64,000 nt of DNA from positions 96,001-160,000 of the forward strand of contig JBFOMH010000004.1 in NCBI GenBank assembly GCA_040830765.1, given 5' to 3'. Under the pieces are notes generated by a model, which was not told the DNA's origin, ran no database searches, and saw nothing but the letters and a program-made list of their open reading frames with translations. This document shows, one piece after another, positions 48,638 through 58,350 of this stretch. This DNA comes from Puniceicoccaceae bacterium. Lineage in GTDB: Bacteria; Verrucomicrobiota; Verrucomicrobiia; Opitutales; Oceanipulchritudinaceae. Each line of letters begins with the position of its first letter. The stretch's first letter is position 1. A program made the position numbers and the translations under genes.

Positions 48638-50211
48638 TGTGCAGTGTCCTCCAATGGTTCAACTAACAGACTGAAATGCTTGTAACCGGTGACGACAATC
48701 TTTTCCCCGCGGTCGAGGGAACCAATCTCCACGGTGGCCTGGTAGCGCACGCCGTCGATTTCCACCTCCCCGAGCGGGTGCATGGGCCCGACGACCGTTC
48801 CCTTGGAACCGATGTCAGGCAGGCTGTCCGTGCCGGCTACATCGCTCCCGCCGGTCACCACCGGATCCGGCATGGCACCCGCCATGGTGTGAACCAGGCG
48901 GCCGTAAACGGGCGTCTTGGGCAGGAAACGCCACACCAGCCAGAGTCCGAAAACCGCAATCGCCAGCGATCCCACCAGTTGGTAAAGGGCCCCCCATACC
49001 GAATCGGGGTCCACCGTGAAATTGATGCCCCCGGGGCCGTCGCCTTCCGGCAGCGGCCAGATATCGGAAAGTGACCAGAGCAGCGACCCGAAGATTAACA
49101 ACAATCCGATGCCAAGGAAGATAAAGGTCCCTGGCAAAAGGAAGATGTCCACGATGATAAACACCAGCCCCAGGATAAAGAAGATGATGGCCTCAAAGCC
49201 AGCGAGGCCGGCGAGGTAGTTACTGGCAAAGACAATCCCGACAAGGACCAGCCCGGCGATCCCAAAGACACCAAACCCGGGTGTCTTGAATTCGATGAAG
49301 AGGAGCAGTAGTCCCAGACCAAGAATGATCGGGGCAATGGAATCGAGGTATTTGGCCGCTTCTTCCGACCAGGAAATCTCGAAGGATTCCAATGTGTAGT
49401 TATCGGCCCCGTAGCGGGTGGCCAATAACTCGTCGAGGTCCGAGGCAATGCCCTCGGCGAGAAGCGGCCGTGCGGGCGACCCGTAGAGTTCAATGGATTC
49501 CGTCGCGGTCAACGAGAGGAGCTCTCCTGACTCCTTGAGCACCTTGCCATCAATTTTCAACTCATAGTCCAGATCCGCCATGGCCCGGATGACCTCGGCG
49601 CGGTAGGGAAATTCCTCCGTGTAGCTGCGCATGCGGGCTAACAGGTAGCTGTTGATCTTGGCCTTCATGCTTTCGTCAATCTCCTCACCGCTGCCGGAGA
49701 CAACGGCAGCCGCACCCATGACCCCGGCGGGGGCAAAGTAAATCGCATCCGTGGCCATGGAGATATAGGCACCGGCGGAAATGGCATCCTTGTTGACATA
49801 GGTGATGGTTTCCCCCTCGAAGCGGTCCAGCAGCTCCATCATGTCGAGCGTGATATCGAGCCGGCCGCCAGGCGTATCCATATCGAGAACGAGTACCTTT
49901 ACTCCCGTTTCGAGGGCCTGCTTGATGCTGCGCCTCAGGATATACATGTTCGGCTTGGAAATGGCCTCCGTAATGGGAACCCGATACACATGGACCCGAC
50001 CATCCACGGACAGGAGCTTCGCGGCCCGCTCGGCAGGACTGACTGTAGGGACTGGAACCGGTTCCTCTACGTTGACCTCAACTTCTGCCGGCCCCTCAAC
50101 AGGTGGAGGCGCCGGATCCGGTGCTTCATCATCGAAATCGGTATGGCCTGCCAGGGGAACCGAGGCAGCCAGCATTATCAGGACGGAAAATCTCCATATA
50201 CCCTTCATCAA
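48634..50211 (-). CDS. Long NfeD-family protein (YqeZ-like) with a ClpP-class serine protease domain
   Basis: DTPGG, AISAGAYI, MGAA, E...PGFG..G TM region and C-terminal OB fold. Confidence 0.88.
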   Translation of the reverse strand: MMKGIWRFSVLIMLAASVPLAGHTDFDDEAPDPAPPPVEGPAEVEVNVEEPVPVPTVSPAERAAKLLSVDGRVHVYRVPITEAISKPNMYILRRSIKQALETGVKVLVLDMDTPGGRLDITLDMMELLDRFEGETITYVNKDAISAGAYISMATDAIYFAPAGVMGAAAVVSGSGEEIDESMKAKINSYLLARMRSYTEEFPYRAEVIRAMADLDYELKIDGKVLKESGELLSLTATESIELYGSPARPLLAEGIASDLDELLATRYGADNYTLESFEISWSEEAAKYLDSIAPIILGLGLLLLFIEFKTPGFGVFGIAGLVLVGIVFASNYLAGLAGFEAIIFFILGLVFIIVDIFLLPGTFIFLGIGLLLIFGSLLWSLSDIWPLPEGDGPGGINFTVDPDSVWGALYQLVGSLAIAVFGLWLVWRFLPKTPVYGRLVHTMAGAMPDPVVTGGSDVAGTDSLPDIGSKGTVVGPMHPLGEVEIDGVRYQATVEIGSLDRGEKIVVTGYKHFSLLVEPLEDTAQ

Positions 50212-50286
50212 GGGTACAAGGTAAAGGGATATTTCGCTTTCCTCAAGCTATCTCACCACAGATTTACCGATTCACTATATGGGCGG

Positions 50287-52755
50287 TCAGTTTTCGAAGG
50301 GCCTCCAGGCGTTCTGGCTGTAGTCGAAGTACAAACCGAAGCTGTTTTCGGGGAACCAGATCCAGCTGCCATCCTGGAGGTTCCAGCCATAGTAGCCGCC
50401 GGCATAAACTTCCTGGGGTAGAACATAGCACCAGCTTCCCAGCTCGGCGTGATAGATCCACGGGAAGTGGTCATCCCACAATGCGCCGGCAGCGGTGGTT
50501 TTCATACCACTGGATTGCAGCCTGCCAGTATCCGACCACGGGCTGTACACGGGTTGCTGTACCCCCTGGGGCCGTGTCAGGTTAACCCCGGACGTATCGA
50601 CATAGAGGTCATCCATGAACAGCGTTCCCTCGCAATAATCGGTATTGTAGGAAACGGCATAGGTGGTAATCGCGCTGGATGTTCCATTACGGAATTTGAT
50701 ACCGCTCTTGAGTAACGTCTGCACCGGATAATTACTTCCACCGCGAATATAGATATCGTAGGTGTCCGCAGCATTGTCGATCACCTTCCAGACCTCGTAC
50801 CAGGTCTCCAACTGCAGGAGATCATCACCAATGGGCACGTAGCTGCCACCATCGCGGGCCTCGGCCTGGTTGATTCCAAAATAGACCCGGAATCCACTCT
50901 CGTAATCGTTGTAATTGTCAACAATGCCGGCATCGGAAATCCCGAAAACAAAATCCGCCTCGGGATTATTGTAGGAGAATCGCTGATACACCGTGGCAAC
51001 GCTTCCTTCCCCGATGGTTGGAACGGTAACCGTTGCCTGGTAAAGTCCGGGCGTCCGGTCTCCGGTGTAGATGGAGAGGACCTGGCTCCCGCCACTGGCA
51101 TGCGGATCCGGGACGGTGGCGGCGGAATAACTCACGTCCTTGCGTTCGGTCCAGGTAAAGCCGCTTTCAAAATTATCGACGAGGGTCCAGTCAGTAGCGT
51201 TCGCAGTGAACGCAGGTGCTCCTGTGTCAGGAAGGCGATACTTGAGCGTGGCGAAAACCGGATCAGGTTGGCTGTAGTAGCGCATCATTTCGGTCCCGGC
51301 GAGGAGGAAGGCCCCGTAACCGTAATCCTTGTCAAAGAGTTCCCCATTGTTAAGGGCGGGACCGGCACCCACCTGTTGGATGAAAAGGATGGTTCCCTGG
51401 TTGGTGAGCATGTTTGTCAGGGCTGCCCAGGCTTTTTCAATGACCGGGCTGTAGGTTGCGGCATCGAGGATGCCTTCATTGACACCCCAGGCCATGGCAT
51501 AGGTGAAGAAGGCACTGCCGCTGGTCTCCCGTTCCATGTCATATTTTTCCGGATACAACAGGCTGGAGCTCCACAATCCGTCATTCCCCTGGATGGCGGC
51601 AAGGGCAGCCGACATCTCTTCCAGGAGGACAATGTAGTCGCCACGCTTGGGCCAGTCTTGGGGCATGAATTGAAGCATCCTCACGAGGCCACCGATGACC
51701 CAGCCGTTGCCCCGGCTCCAGAAGACCGGCTTTCCGTTAGGCTCACGGTCATCGAAGTAACTGGAATCCCGATAGAACAGGTGGAAGTCCGTATCATAAA
51801 GAAAGTCCGTCGTATCCCACCATTGGTTGTCGATAAAGGTCTGGTAGGTGCTGTCGCCGGTGATCTCCGCTATCCGGCCATAGAGTGGTGGTGACATATA
51901 GAGGGCATCGCACCAGTTCATGTCGACCCGACCGGCAAGGGGGTCCGCCATCACCTGGTCCAGCCGGGCTTTGACGTCGGATATCCAGACCGGGGATGGA
52001 TTATCCTCGAGAAGATAGAGATCCACCCAGGATTGTCCGAGGCAGTGGTCATCCGCATGGTAAAATCTCTTGCCGCTTGTCCGGAGCCGCAGGGTCCAGT
52101 TGGCAAAGGCCCCCTTGTCGAGGATGGCCTGACGATACTTGTCGAGGCCGGTGGTGGCGTACATGGCACTGACGCCGGTGTAGAAGGCCCCGTTGACCCA
52201 GCCGGTCCCGTCCTGGCGATCCGTTTCATTGGCCACTTGCCAGTCAAACGCCAATTCAAGCATACCCTGGATTACCAGCGGATCGGTGATGTCGCCCCAG
52301 TCAACCGGCTGCATGCCGGCAAGCTGGGCCTCAACATCTGCCTGCAGTCCCGTCAGCAATTCCCATGCAATGGGGCCCCCGTCAAGATTGACGAACCGGA
52401 GGTACTGCACCTGTTCCGGAGTAAAAGTGACCAGCTCCTCAACCGTCTCGGCGTCAACGCCCTGCCCTTCTCCGAGAAGTGTCCAGTCACGGTAATTCAT
52501 GGAGCCCAGGAGCCGGAACCGGCCATGTCCGGGATTGTCCGAGGCCGCTACGAGGCTTTCCGTGGTCATCGGATCGCCGAGCAGGAAGCCCGCTGTCTGG
52601 CCTGCTGAGGTGGCCGTCCAGGAGGTCTCGATCAGGCCATCAACCAATAATCGTGGCGTGCCCTCTCCGACTGAATTTCTGACTTGGAGCTGGGCTGTGG
52701 CGACGGCACCTGACATCAGCAGGGCCGCAAGGGTAATCATCTGCGACTTTTTCAT
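50287..52755 (-). CDS. Secreted GH105 (unsaturated uronyl hydrolase) modular protein
   Basis: Signal peptide, HADDHCLGQ, WCDALYMSPP, LFYRD, FWSRGNGW, ETSGSA and YGYGAFLLAG; extra N- and C-terminal domains. Confidence 0.88.
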   Translation of the reverse strand: MKKSQMITLAALLMSGAVATAQLQVRNSVGEGTPRLLVDGLIETSWTATSAGQTAGFLLGDPMTTESLVAASDNPGHGRFRLLGSMNYRDWTLLGEGQGVDAETVEELVTFTPEQVQYLRFVNLDGGPIAWELLTGLQADVEAQLAGMQPVDWGDITDPLVIQGMLELAFDWQVANETDRQDGTGWVNGAFYTGVSAMYATTGLDKYRQAILDKGAFANWTLRLRTSGKRFYHADDHCLGQSWVDLYLLEDNPSPVWISDVKARLDQVMADPLAGRVDMNWCDALYMSPPLYGRIAEITGDSTYQTFIDNQWWDTTDFLYDTDFHLFYRDSSYFDDREPNGKPVFWSRGNGWVIGGLVRMLQFMPQDWPKRGDYIVLLEEMSAALAAIQGNDGLWSSSLLYPEKYDMERETSGSAFFTYAMAWGVNEGILDAATYSPVIEKAWAALTNMLTNQGTILFIQQVGAGPALNNGELFDKDYGYGAFLLAGTEMMRYYSQPDPVFATLKYRLPDTGAPAFTANATDWTLVDNFESGFTWTERKDVSYSAATVPDPHASGGSQVLSIYTGDRTPGLYQATVTVPTIGEGSVATVYQRFSYNNPEADFVFGISDAGIVDNYNDYESGFRVYFGINQAEARDGGSYVPIGDDLLQLETWYEVWKVIDNAADTYDIYIRGGSNYPVQTLLKSGIKFRNGTSSAITTYAVSYNTDYCEGTLFMDDLYVDTSGVNLTRPQGVQQPVYSPWSDTGRLQSSGMKTTAAGALWDDHFPWIYHAELGSWCYVLPQEVYAGGYYGWNLQDGSWIWFPENSFGLYFDYSQNAWRPFEN

Positions 52756-52895
52756 TTTTGGGGGTTTGGGGTGGTTTTGTCAGCCGTGATGGCTACATGT
52801 TCCATCGTTAACTCCTTGGTTCTGGATCGGCAAAGTCAATTTATAACTATTAAAATGGAGGTTGACCGGTTGTCCCGGGGCAGGAAAATCCCTTC

Positions 52896-54371
52896 ATGAG
52901 GACGTTGCTGACACTGATTGGTTTGGCATGGCTGACCTTGCTGAGCGCTGAAATAAGCATGCCGGCGGTATTTTCTGAGGGCATGGTCCTGCAGCAGGGA
53001 AAGCCGGTAAAAATCTGGGGCTGGGCCAATTCCGGGGAACCGGTCCGGGTATCCTTCCGGGAACAGGTGCATTTTGTGGAAGCCCATGACCGGCGCTGGG
53101 AAGTGAGCCTGGAGCCCATGCCAGCCGGCGGGCCGGATGAGCTGGTGGTAGAGGGCTACGACCGGGTTGTCATAGGGAATGTCCTCGTCGGTGAAGTCTG
53201 GCTGGCCAGCGGGCAATCGAACATGGTTTGGACGGTGGAAAAGACCTCGCATGCAGAGGAAACCCTTGCTGATGCCGACGAGCCGATGATCCGGATATTC
53301 AAGGTGAAGGAGCGGGCACTTGATGAACCGGAGGATGATGTAGAGGGAGAGTGGCTGGTCTCCACACCAGAGAACATGGCCTCTGTTTCTGCGGTAGCCT
53401 ATCTGTTCGCCCGGGAAATCCATTCCACACAAGACGTACCGGTGGGCATTCTTCTTTCCGCACGGGGAGGTACCCGCGCGGTCAACTGGACCAGCGAGGA
53501 AGTATTGGAAAAGAATCCGGATGCGGAAAACCATTGGGTCAACTATCGCCGCAGGGTTGCCCAATATCCAAAGGAATGGGCCCAATGGGTTGAAGGGGGA
53601 GGCGTGGACAAAGCGCCGCAATCCCCGACCCGGCGGTTGCCATCAGGCTATTTCAACGGCATGGTCAACGGCTTGATCCCGTACACCCTGCAAGGCGCGA
53701 TTTGGTATCAGGGAGAAACGGATTCCTGGAATGCGGAAGAGTATGTCCGCATGTTCCCGGACCTCATTGTCGACTGGCGGACACGCTGGGACCAAGGCGA
53801 CTTCCCTTTCTATTATGTCCAACTGGCCTCTTATAACGGCAAGCCGGGGGTGGACATAAATTATCCCCACATACGGGATATCCAGCTGAAGAGTTTGGAA
53901 GTGCTCCCAAATCTTGGCATGGCGGTGGCCATTGATGCCGGCGAAGAGTTGGACATCCACCCAGCGGACAAACGCCAGGTGGCCCACCGTCTGGCCCTCC
54001 TCGCCCGGAACCGGACCTATGGGGAGTCACTGGTGGATACGGGCCCCATGATGAAGGTGGTCAACTTCGCCGAAGGGCAAGCCATTGTAACCTTCACTAA
54101 CACCGATTTGGGATTGCAGGTTAAGGGCGAGACACTGAACGGGTTTGCGTTGGCTACAGGGGATGGCCCGTTTCATCCAGCAATGGCCCGCATTGAGGAT
54201 GATAAGGTGATCGTCTGGTCGGAGCTGGTGCCCGATCCGGACCAACTGCGATATGCTTTCCGCGGCTTTCCGGAAGCCAACCTTTACAACGGTTCCGGCC
54301 TGCCGGCATCGCCCTTCCGGACAGATAAGCGGCCCCGCGGAGACGATGCCGTAGTGACGATTCCTGAATAA
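52896..54371 (+). CDS. Sialate O-acetylesterase-family carbohydrate esterase
   Basis: GEVWLASGQSNM, WYQGET, DIHP..K and NLYN..GLPASPFRTD. Confidence 0.9.
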   Translation: MRTLLTLIGLAWLTLLSAEISMPAVFSEGMVLQQGKPVKIWGWANSGEPVRVSFREQVHFVEAHDRRWEVSLEPMPAGGPDELVVEGYDRVVIGNVLVGEVWLASGQSNMVWTVEKTSHAEETLADADEPMIRIFKVKERALDEPEDDVEGEWLVSTPENMASVSAVAYLFAREIHSTQDVPVGILLSARGGTRAVNWTSEEVLEKNPDAENHWVNYRRRVAQYPKEWAQWVEGGGVDKAPQSPTRRLPSGYFNGMVNGLIPYTLQGAIWYQGETDSWNAEEYVRMFPDLIVDWRTRWDQGDFPFYYVQLASYNGKPGVDINYPHIRDIQLKSLEVLPNLGMAVAIDAGEELDIHPADKRQVAHRLALLARNRTYGESLVDTGPMMKVVNFAEGQAIVTFTNTDLGLQVKGETLNGFALATGDGPFHPAMARIEDDKVIVWSELVPDPDQLRYAFRGFPEANLYNGSGLPASPFRTDKRPRGDDAVVTIPE

Positions 54372-54426
54372 TTCGGTGATTTACAGGAATCGGGTTGAGG
54401 CAACATAGTGTGACCCGACCGTTCCG

Positions 54427-55452
54427 ATGCCTGACCTGTCTCCAGAAGAAATGAAAGCCCGCCTCGTCTCGCTGGCACGAGACCTTGGCTTTGGTCCTGT
54501 TGGCGTGGCCGAGGTACCCCTGGAGCTGCGGCAGGCCTACTTCATGGAATGGCTTCAAGATAATCAGCACGGGGAAATGGGCTGGATGGCCCGGGAGCCG
54601 GAAAGGCGGGCCTTCCCGGAAAAGGTGATGCCGGAAGCCCGCTGCATCCTCAGTTTCGGTTTGAATTACTACCAGCCGGAGCCGGAGCGCCGGGGACGGA
54701 TTGCCAAGTACGCCCTTGGAAAGGATTACCACAAGGTTGTGCTGAACAAGCTGAAGCGGATCTGTTCCTGGCTCCAGGAGGCTGGTGCGATCAACCGGCC
54801 CTATGTCGACACGGGACCACTGCTGGAAAAGCCCATTGCTGCTGCCGCCGGCCTGGGCTGGCAGGGAAAGAACACCATGGTGCTCAACGAGGAGGACGGA
54901 CAGTGGCTCTTTCTTGGATTCATTCTCACCACCTACCCTTTTCCCCCGGACAAGCCTGTCGCGGACCGGTGCGGCACCTGTACCCGTTGTATCGACGTCT
55001 GCCCTACAGCGGCCATTACCGGTCCCTATCAGCTCGACGCACGGAAGTGTATCTCGTACCTGACCATTGAGCACAAGGGCTCCATTCCACTGGCCTACAG
55101 GAAGCTCATCGGCAACCACCTCTACGGGTGCGACGACTGTCTGGATATCTGCCCATGGAACAAATGGGCCCAAAAGACGCGCGAGGCCGCCTTTTCCGTC
55201 CGCGAGTATCCTGACTTGAGGGCGATGCTCTCGATGGATGAAACTGCTTTTCGCGAGGTCTTTGCCGGTTCCCCGATCAAGCGGTTGAAACGGGCACGGT
55301 GGCTGCGCAACGTCTGCGTGGTTCTCGGTAACACCGGAAGCATGGAAGATTTGGCCGAGCTTGAAGCAGCGACCCGGGACACGGATCCACTGGTAAGCGA
55401 ACACGCCTTGTGGGCTGTCGGGGAAATCAGCGCCCGGCACGCGGGCAAATGA
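54427..55452 (+). CDS. queG: Epoxyqueuosine reductase
   Basis: YALGKDYH, VDTGPLLEK, CGTCTRCIDVCPT, CISYLTIE and GCDDCLDICPWN. Confidence 0.95.
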   Translation: MPDLSPEEMKARLVSLARDLGFGPVGVAEVPLELRQAYFMEWLQDNQHGEMGWMAREPERRAFPEKVMPEARCILSFGLNYYQPEPERRGRIAKYALGKDYHKVVLNKLKRICSWLQEAGAINRPYVDTGPLLEKPIAAAAGLGWQGKNTMVLNEEDGQWLFLGFILTTYPFPPDKPVADRCGTCTRCIDVCPTAAITGPYQLDARKCISYLTIEHKGSIPLAYRKLIGNHLYGCDDCLDICPWNKWAQKTREAAFSVREYPDLRAMLSMDETAFREVFAGSPIKRLKRARWLRNVCVVLGNTGSMEDLAELEAATRDTDPLVSEHALWAVGEISARHAGK

Positions 55453-55492
55453 TTCCTTGCTGGTCGGGGCAACCCCCGGTAGAACCAATGGC

Positions 55493-56521
55493 ATGAGCTA
55501 CGTAATAGCCCTCATCCCGTTCGCCATTACATTGATTCTGGTCATCGCCTTCCTCTATGGAGCCAACTGGGTTCTCCTGCGGCGACATGCCGAACTGGGG
55601 AGCGAACGCCTCTTTCCGCGCCAGCTGGCCATGCTCGGCCTGACCATTGCCGGAATCGTCGTCATCGCGATGGCCCTGCCGGTCAATCCCAGCACCCGTA
55701 ATCAGGTTATCGCATTCCTGGGCCTCGTTGTATCCGGAACCTTCGCTTTTTCCTCCACCACCATTTTCGCCAACCTCCTGGCCGGGGTCATGTTGCGCAT
55801 CACCAAGCCCTTCCGGGCGGGGGACTTTGTCGAGGTGGAGGACATATTCGGACGCGTATCCGAGCGGGGTCTCCTCGATACCGAGGTGCAGACGGAGACC
55901 CGCCAGCTGATCTCAATCCCGAACACCTTTCTCATCACCCGGCCAGTCTCGGTCATCCGCAGCTCCGGCACCATTGTTTCCGCCAATCTTTCGCTGGGGT
56001 ATGATGTCCACCATTCCCGCATCAGCGACCACCTCAAGGAAGCAGCCCTGACTGCCGGACTGGAAGAGCCGTTTGTCCATATCATCGAATTGGGGGACTT
56101 TTCCGTCTCTTACCGGGTCAGCGGCCTGTTAACCGATGTCAAAAGCTTCCTCACGGCCAAGTCGCTGTTGCATGCCTGCGTGCTGGATTCCCTTCATTCG
56201 GCCGGCATTGAAATTGTCTCCCCGAACTTCATGAACCAGCGCCCCCTGAAGGATGGTACCCTGGTTATTCCAAGGCGCATGCAGGCCAAGCTTGATGAGA
56301 AGAAGGATGAAACTGCGGCTGAGGCCATTGTCTTTGACAAGGCCGAGGAAGCTGAACAGCGGGAATTGAAACAGAACCAGCTGATCCAAACAATCCAGAC
56401 CCTCGAAGAGTCATTGAAGACCGCGGTTGAAGAGACAAAGGCCGCCATTCAGCAAAAAATCCAAGCCGCCCGGGAACAGCTGGCGGAACTGGAAAAGGCC
56501 CCCCCGCCGGAAAAGGAGTAA
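55493..56521 (+). CDS. MscS-family mechanosensitive channel with a C-terminal coiled coil
   Basis: KPFRAGDFV, GRVSERGLL.TE, IPN and IEIVSP. Start taken at ATG 55493. Confidence 0.85.
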   Translation: MSYVIALIPFAITLILVIAFLYGANWVLLRRHAELGSERLFPRQLAMLGLTIAGIVVIAMALPVNPSTRNQVIAFLGLVVSGTFAFSSTTIFANLLAGVMLRITKPFRAGDFVEVEDIFGRVSERGLLDTEVQTETRQLISIPNTFLITRPVSVIRSSGTIVSANLSLGYDVHHSRISDHLKEAALTAGLEEPFVHIIELGDFSVSYRVSGLLTDVKSFLTAKSLLHACVLDSLHSAGIEIVSPNFMNQRPLKDGTLVIPRRMQAKLDEKKDETAAEAIVFDKAEEAEQRELKQNQLIQTIQTLEESLKTAVEETKAAIQQKIQAAREQLAELEKAPPPEKE

Positions 56522-56533
56522 GGAGGTCTGGCC

Positions 56534-56938
56534 ATGATCAAGCGACTTGCGCATGCCTGTATCCATTCGCAGGACCTGACAGAAACAGAGGCGTTTTATT
56601 GTCAAGCGCTCGGCATGGAGCGACACTTCGCATTTGAAAAGGATGGCGATTTGTTTGGCTTCTACCTCAAGGTTGGTGACCAGACATATATCGAGGTTTT
56701 CAAGGGTGAACCGGGTGCGGTTGGCAATATCAACCACCTCGCACTGGAGGTGGAAGACATGGACGCCGCGATAGCGCGTCTCAAGGACCATGGGATTGAC
56801 GTCACCGAAAAGAAGCTGGGGGCCGATCAGTCGTGGCAGGCATGGCTCACGGATCCGTCAGGCGTCCGTATCGAACTGCACCAGTATACTGCAGAAAGTA
56901 GCCAGTACAACCGGCGGACGGTCAAGGTGGACTGGTAG
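56534..56938 (+). CDS. VOC/glyoxalase-family protein
   Basis: LAHACI...DL...FY, HLALEVEDMD and DPSG.RIE; RBS AGGAGG upstream. Confidence 0.9.
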   Translation: MIKRLAHACIHSQDLTETEAFYCQALGMERHFAFEKDGDLFGFYLKVGDQTYIEVFKGEPGAVGNINHLALEVEDMDAAIARLKDHGIDVTEKKLGADQSWQAWLTDPSGVRIELHQYTAESSQYNRRTVKVDW

Positions 56939-56973
56939 GCGAGTCCGTTTCAATCGGATTCCACGAACCTGCG

Positions 56974-57005
56974 TTGACAGGCATCTATTCATAAATATAA
57001 ATGCC
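56974..57005 (+). promoter_or_regulatory. Putative sigma70 promoter with an overlapping inverted repeat, upstream of the aldo/keto reductase
   Basis: TTGACA (56974-56979), 16-nt spacer, TATAAA (56996-57001); GGCATCTAT/ATAAATGCC inverted repeat; AAGGAG RBS before ATG 57057. Confidence 0.5.
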
Positions 57006-57056
57006 ACTTCCTTTCATTTGAGCGAAATTTCAAAATAAACAGCAAGGAGACACGAC

Positions 57057-58028
57057 ATGGCAGACACACGAGGCAGACGCGATTTTCTGAAAAAACTGGC
57101 CCTTTCCGGAGCGGCCGTGACGGGAGGCACCGCCATTGCCCATGGTGGGAGTGACCACCCAACAGCTGGCGTTCCAAAGAGAACCCTCGGGAAGACAGGC
57201 GCCAAGGTCAGTATCCTCGGGTTGGGTTTGGGAAGCGCCTTCACGCGACCCTTTGAGGGAGACCCGGAAGCGACAGAAGCCGTTCTGATGCGGGCGCTGA
57301 GCCACGGTATCAATTATTGGGATACCGCGCGGGCATATGGTGTTTCTGAAGAGATGTTGGGTCCGGTGGTCGAGAAAGTCCGCAAGGACATCTACCTTGT
57401 CAGCAAGTCGCGGGTCCGGACCTATGATGGATTCAAACGGGAGCTGGAAACGAGCCTGAAAAACCTGCGCACGGATCACATCGACCTTTACCACATCCAT
57501 AACCTGAATCCCGAGCGGGATCCGGACATGGATGCTATCGAGAATGGGGCCGTGAAGGCCATCAAGGAAGCCAAGGAAGAAGGCATCATCAAGCATTTCG
57601 GCATTACGGGGCACAGTGGTGTGGAGATCCTCATGGAGGGTATTCGGCGCTGGGACCCCGACGCCATGTTGACTGTCTTCCCGGTGGACCGCCCGGACGA
57701 CGGGGCTTATGAAGACCAGTTGCTACCGTTGGCCAGGGAACGTAACATGGGCGTTGTGGCCATGAAGACTGTCCGCTGGGCCCGCAATTCGGATCTTCCC
57801 GGTCCGCAGTTGATTCGCTACGGAATCAGCGTGGAGGGTGTTGCCTGTGCGATCGTCGGCCTCGACTCCATGGCCCACCTCGATGAAAATGCGGCCATGG
57901 CAAGTACCTTTGAACCGATGTCCAAGGACCTGATGGCCGAGATGAGCCAGTATGTCCGCGGGGAATTGGCTTCGCTCGGCGAGCCACCCTGGAAACGGCC
58001 CGGGTACGAGGACGGCATGACCGCCTGA
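57057..58028 (+). CDS. Tat-exported aldo/keto reductase
   Basis: Twin-arginine signal GRRDFLKK; R.LGKTG, GINYWDTARAYG, SLKNLRTDHIDLYHIH and GITGH. Confidence 0.9.
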   Translation: MADTRGRRDFLKKLALSGAAVTGGTAIAHGGSDHPTAGVPKRTLGKTGAKVSILGLGLGSAFTRPFEGDPEATEAVLMRALSHGINYWDTARAYGVSEEMLGPVVEKVRKDIYLVSKSRVRTYDGFKRELETSLKNLRTDHIDLYHIHNLNPERDPDMDAIENGAVKAIKEAKEEGIIKHFGITGHSGVEILMEGIRRWDPDAMLTVFPVDRPDDGAYEDQLLPLARERNMGVVAMKTVRWARNSDLPGPQLIRYGISVEGVACAIVGLDSMAHLDENAAMASTFEPMSKDLMAEMSQYVRGELASLGEPPWKRPGYEDGMTA

Positions 58029-58047
58029 CCGGTCAAGCTTCCCAGAC

Positions 58048-58350
58048 TCAGTTCCGGGATTGGTGAGATGGGAGCAGCCTGACAATGGTGGCGCCCCACC
58101 CTCCGGCATTCCCTGGGGCGAGGGCATACTCTTGCACGCCCGGATGGCGTTCCAATAAGGCGTGCACCTGTTGGCGGAGAACGCCCATGCCCTTCCCATG
58201 GATGATCCGCAGGTCGCGAATACCCTTTTCCTGGCAGGCCTCGATATAGGCCAGCACGACCTCCTTGACCTCGGACGGACGGAAGGTGTGCAGGTCCAGT
58301 ACACCATCGACCGGGAATTCCGTGGGGCCCTCTCCTTCAAGCGCGTTCAT
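58048..58350 (-). CDS. Stand-alone Smr-domain endonuclease
   Basis: LDLHTF, IIHGKGMGVLR and GGWGAT. ATG 58350 overlaps the hrpB stop (ATGA). Confidence 0.88.
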   Translation of the reverse strand: MNALEGEGPTEFPVDGVLDLHTFRPSEVKEVVLAYIEACQEKGIRDLRIIHGKGMGVLRQQVHALLERHPGVQEYALAPGNAGGWGATIVRLLPSHQSRN

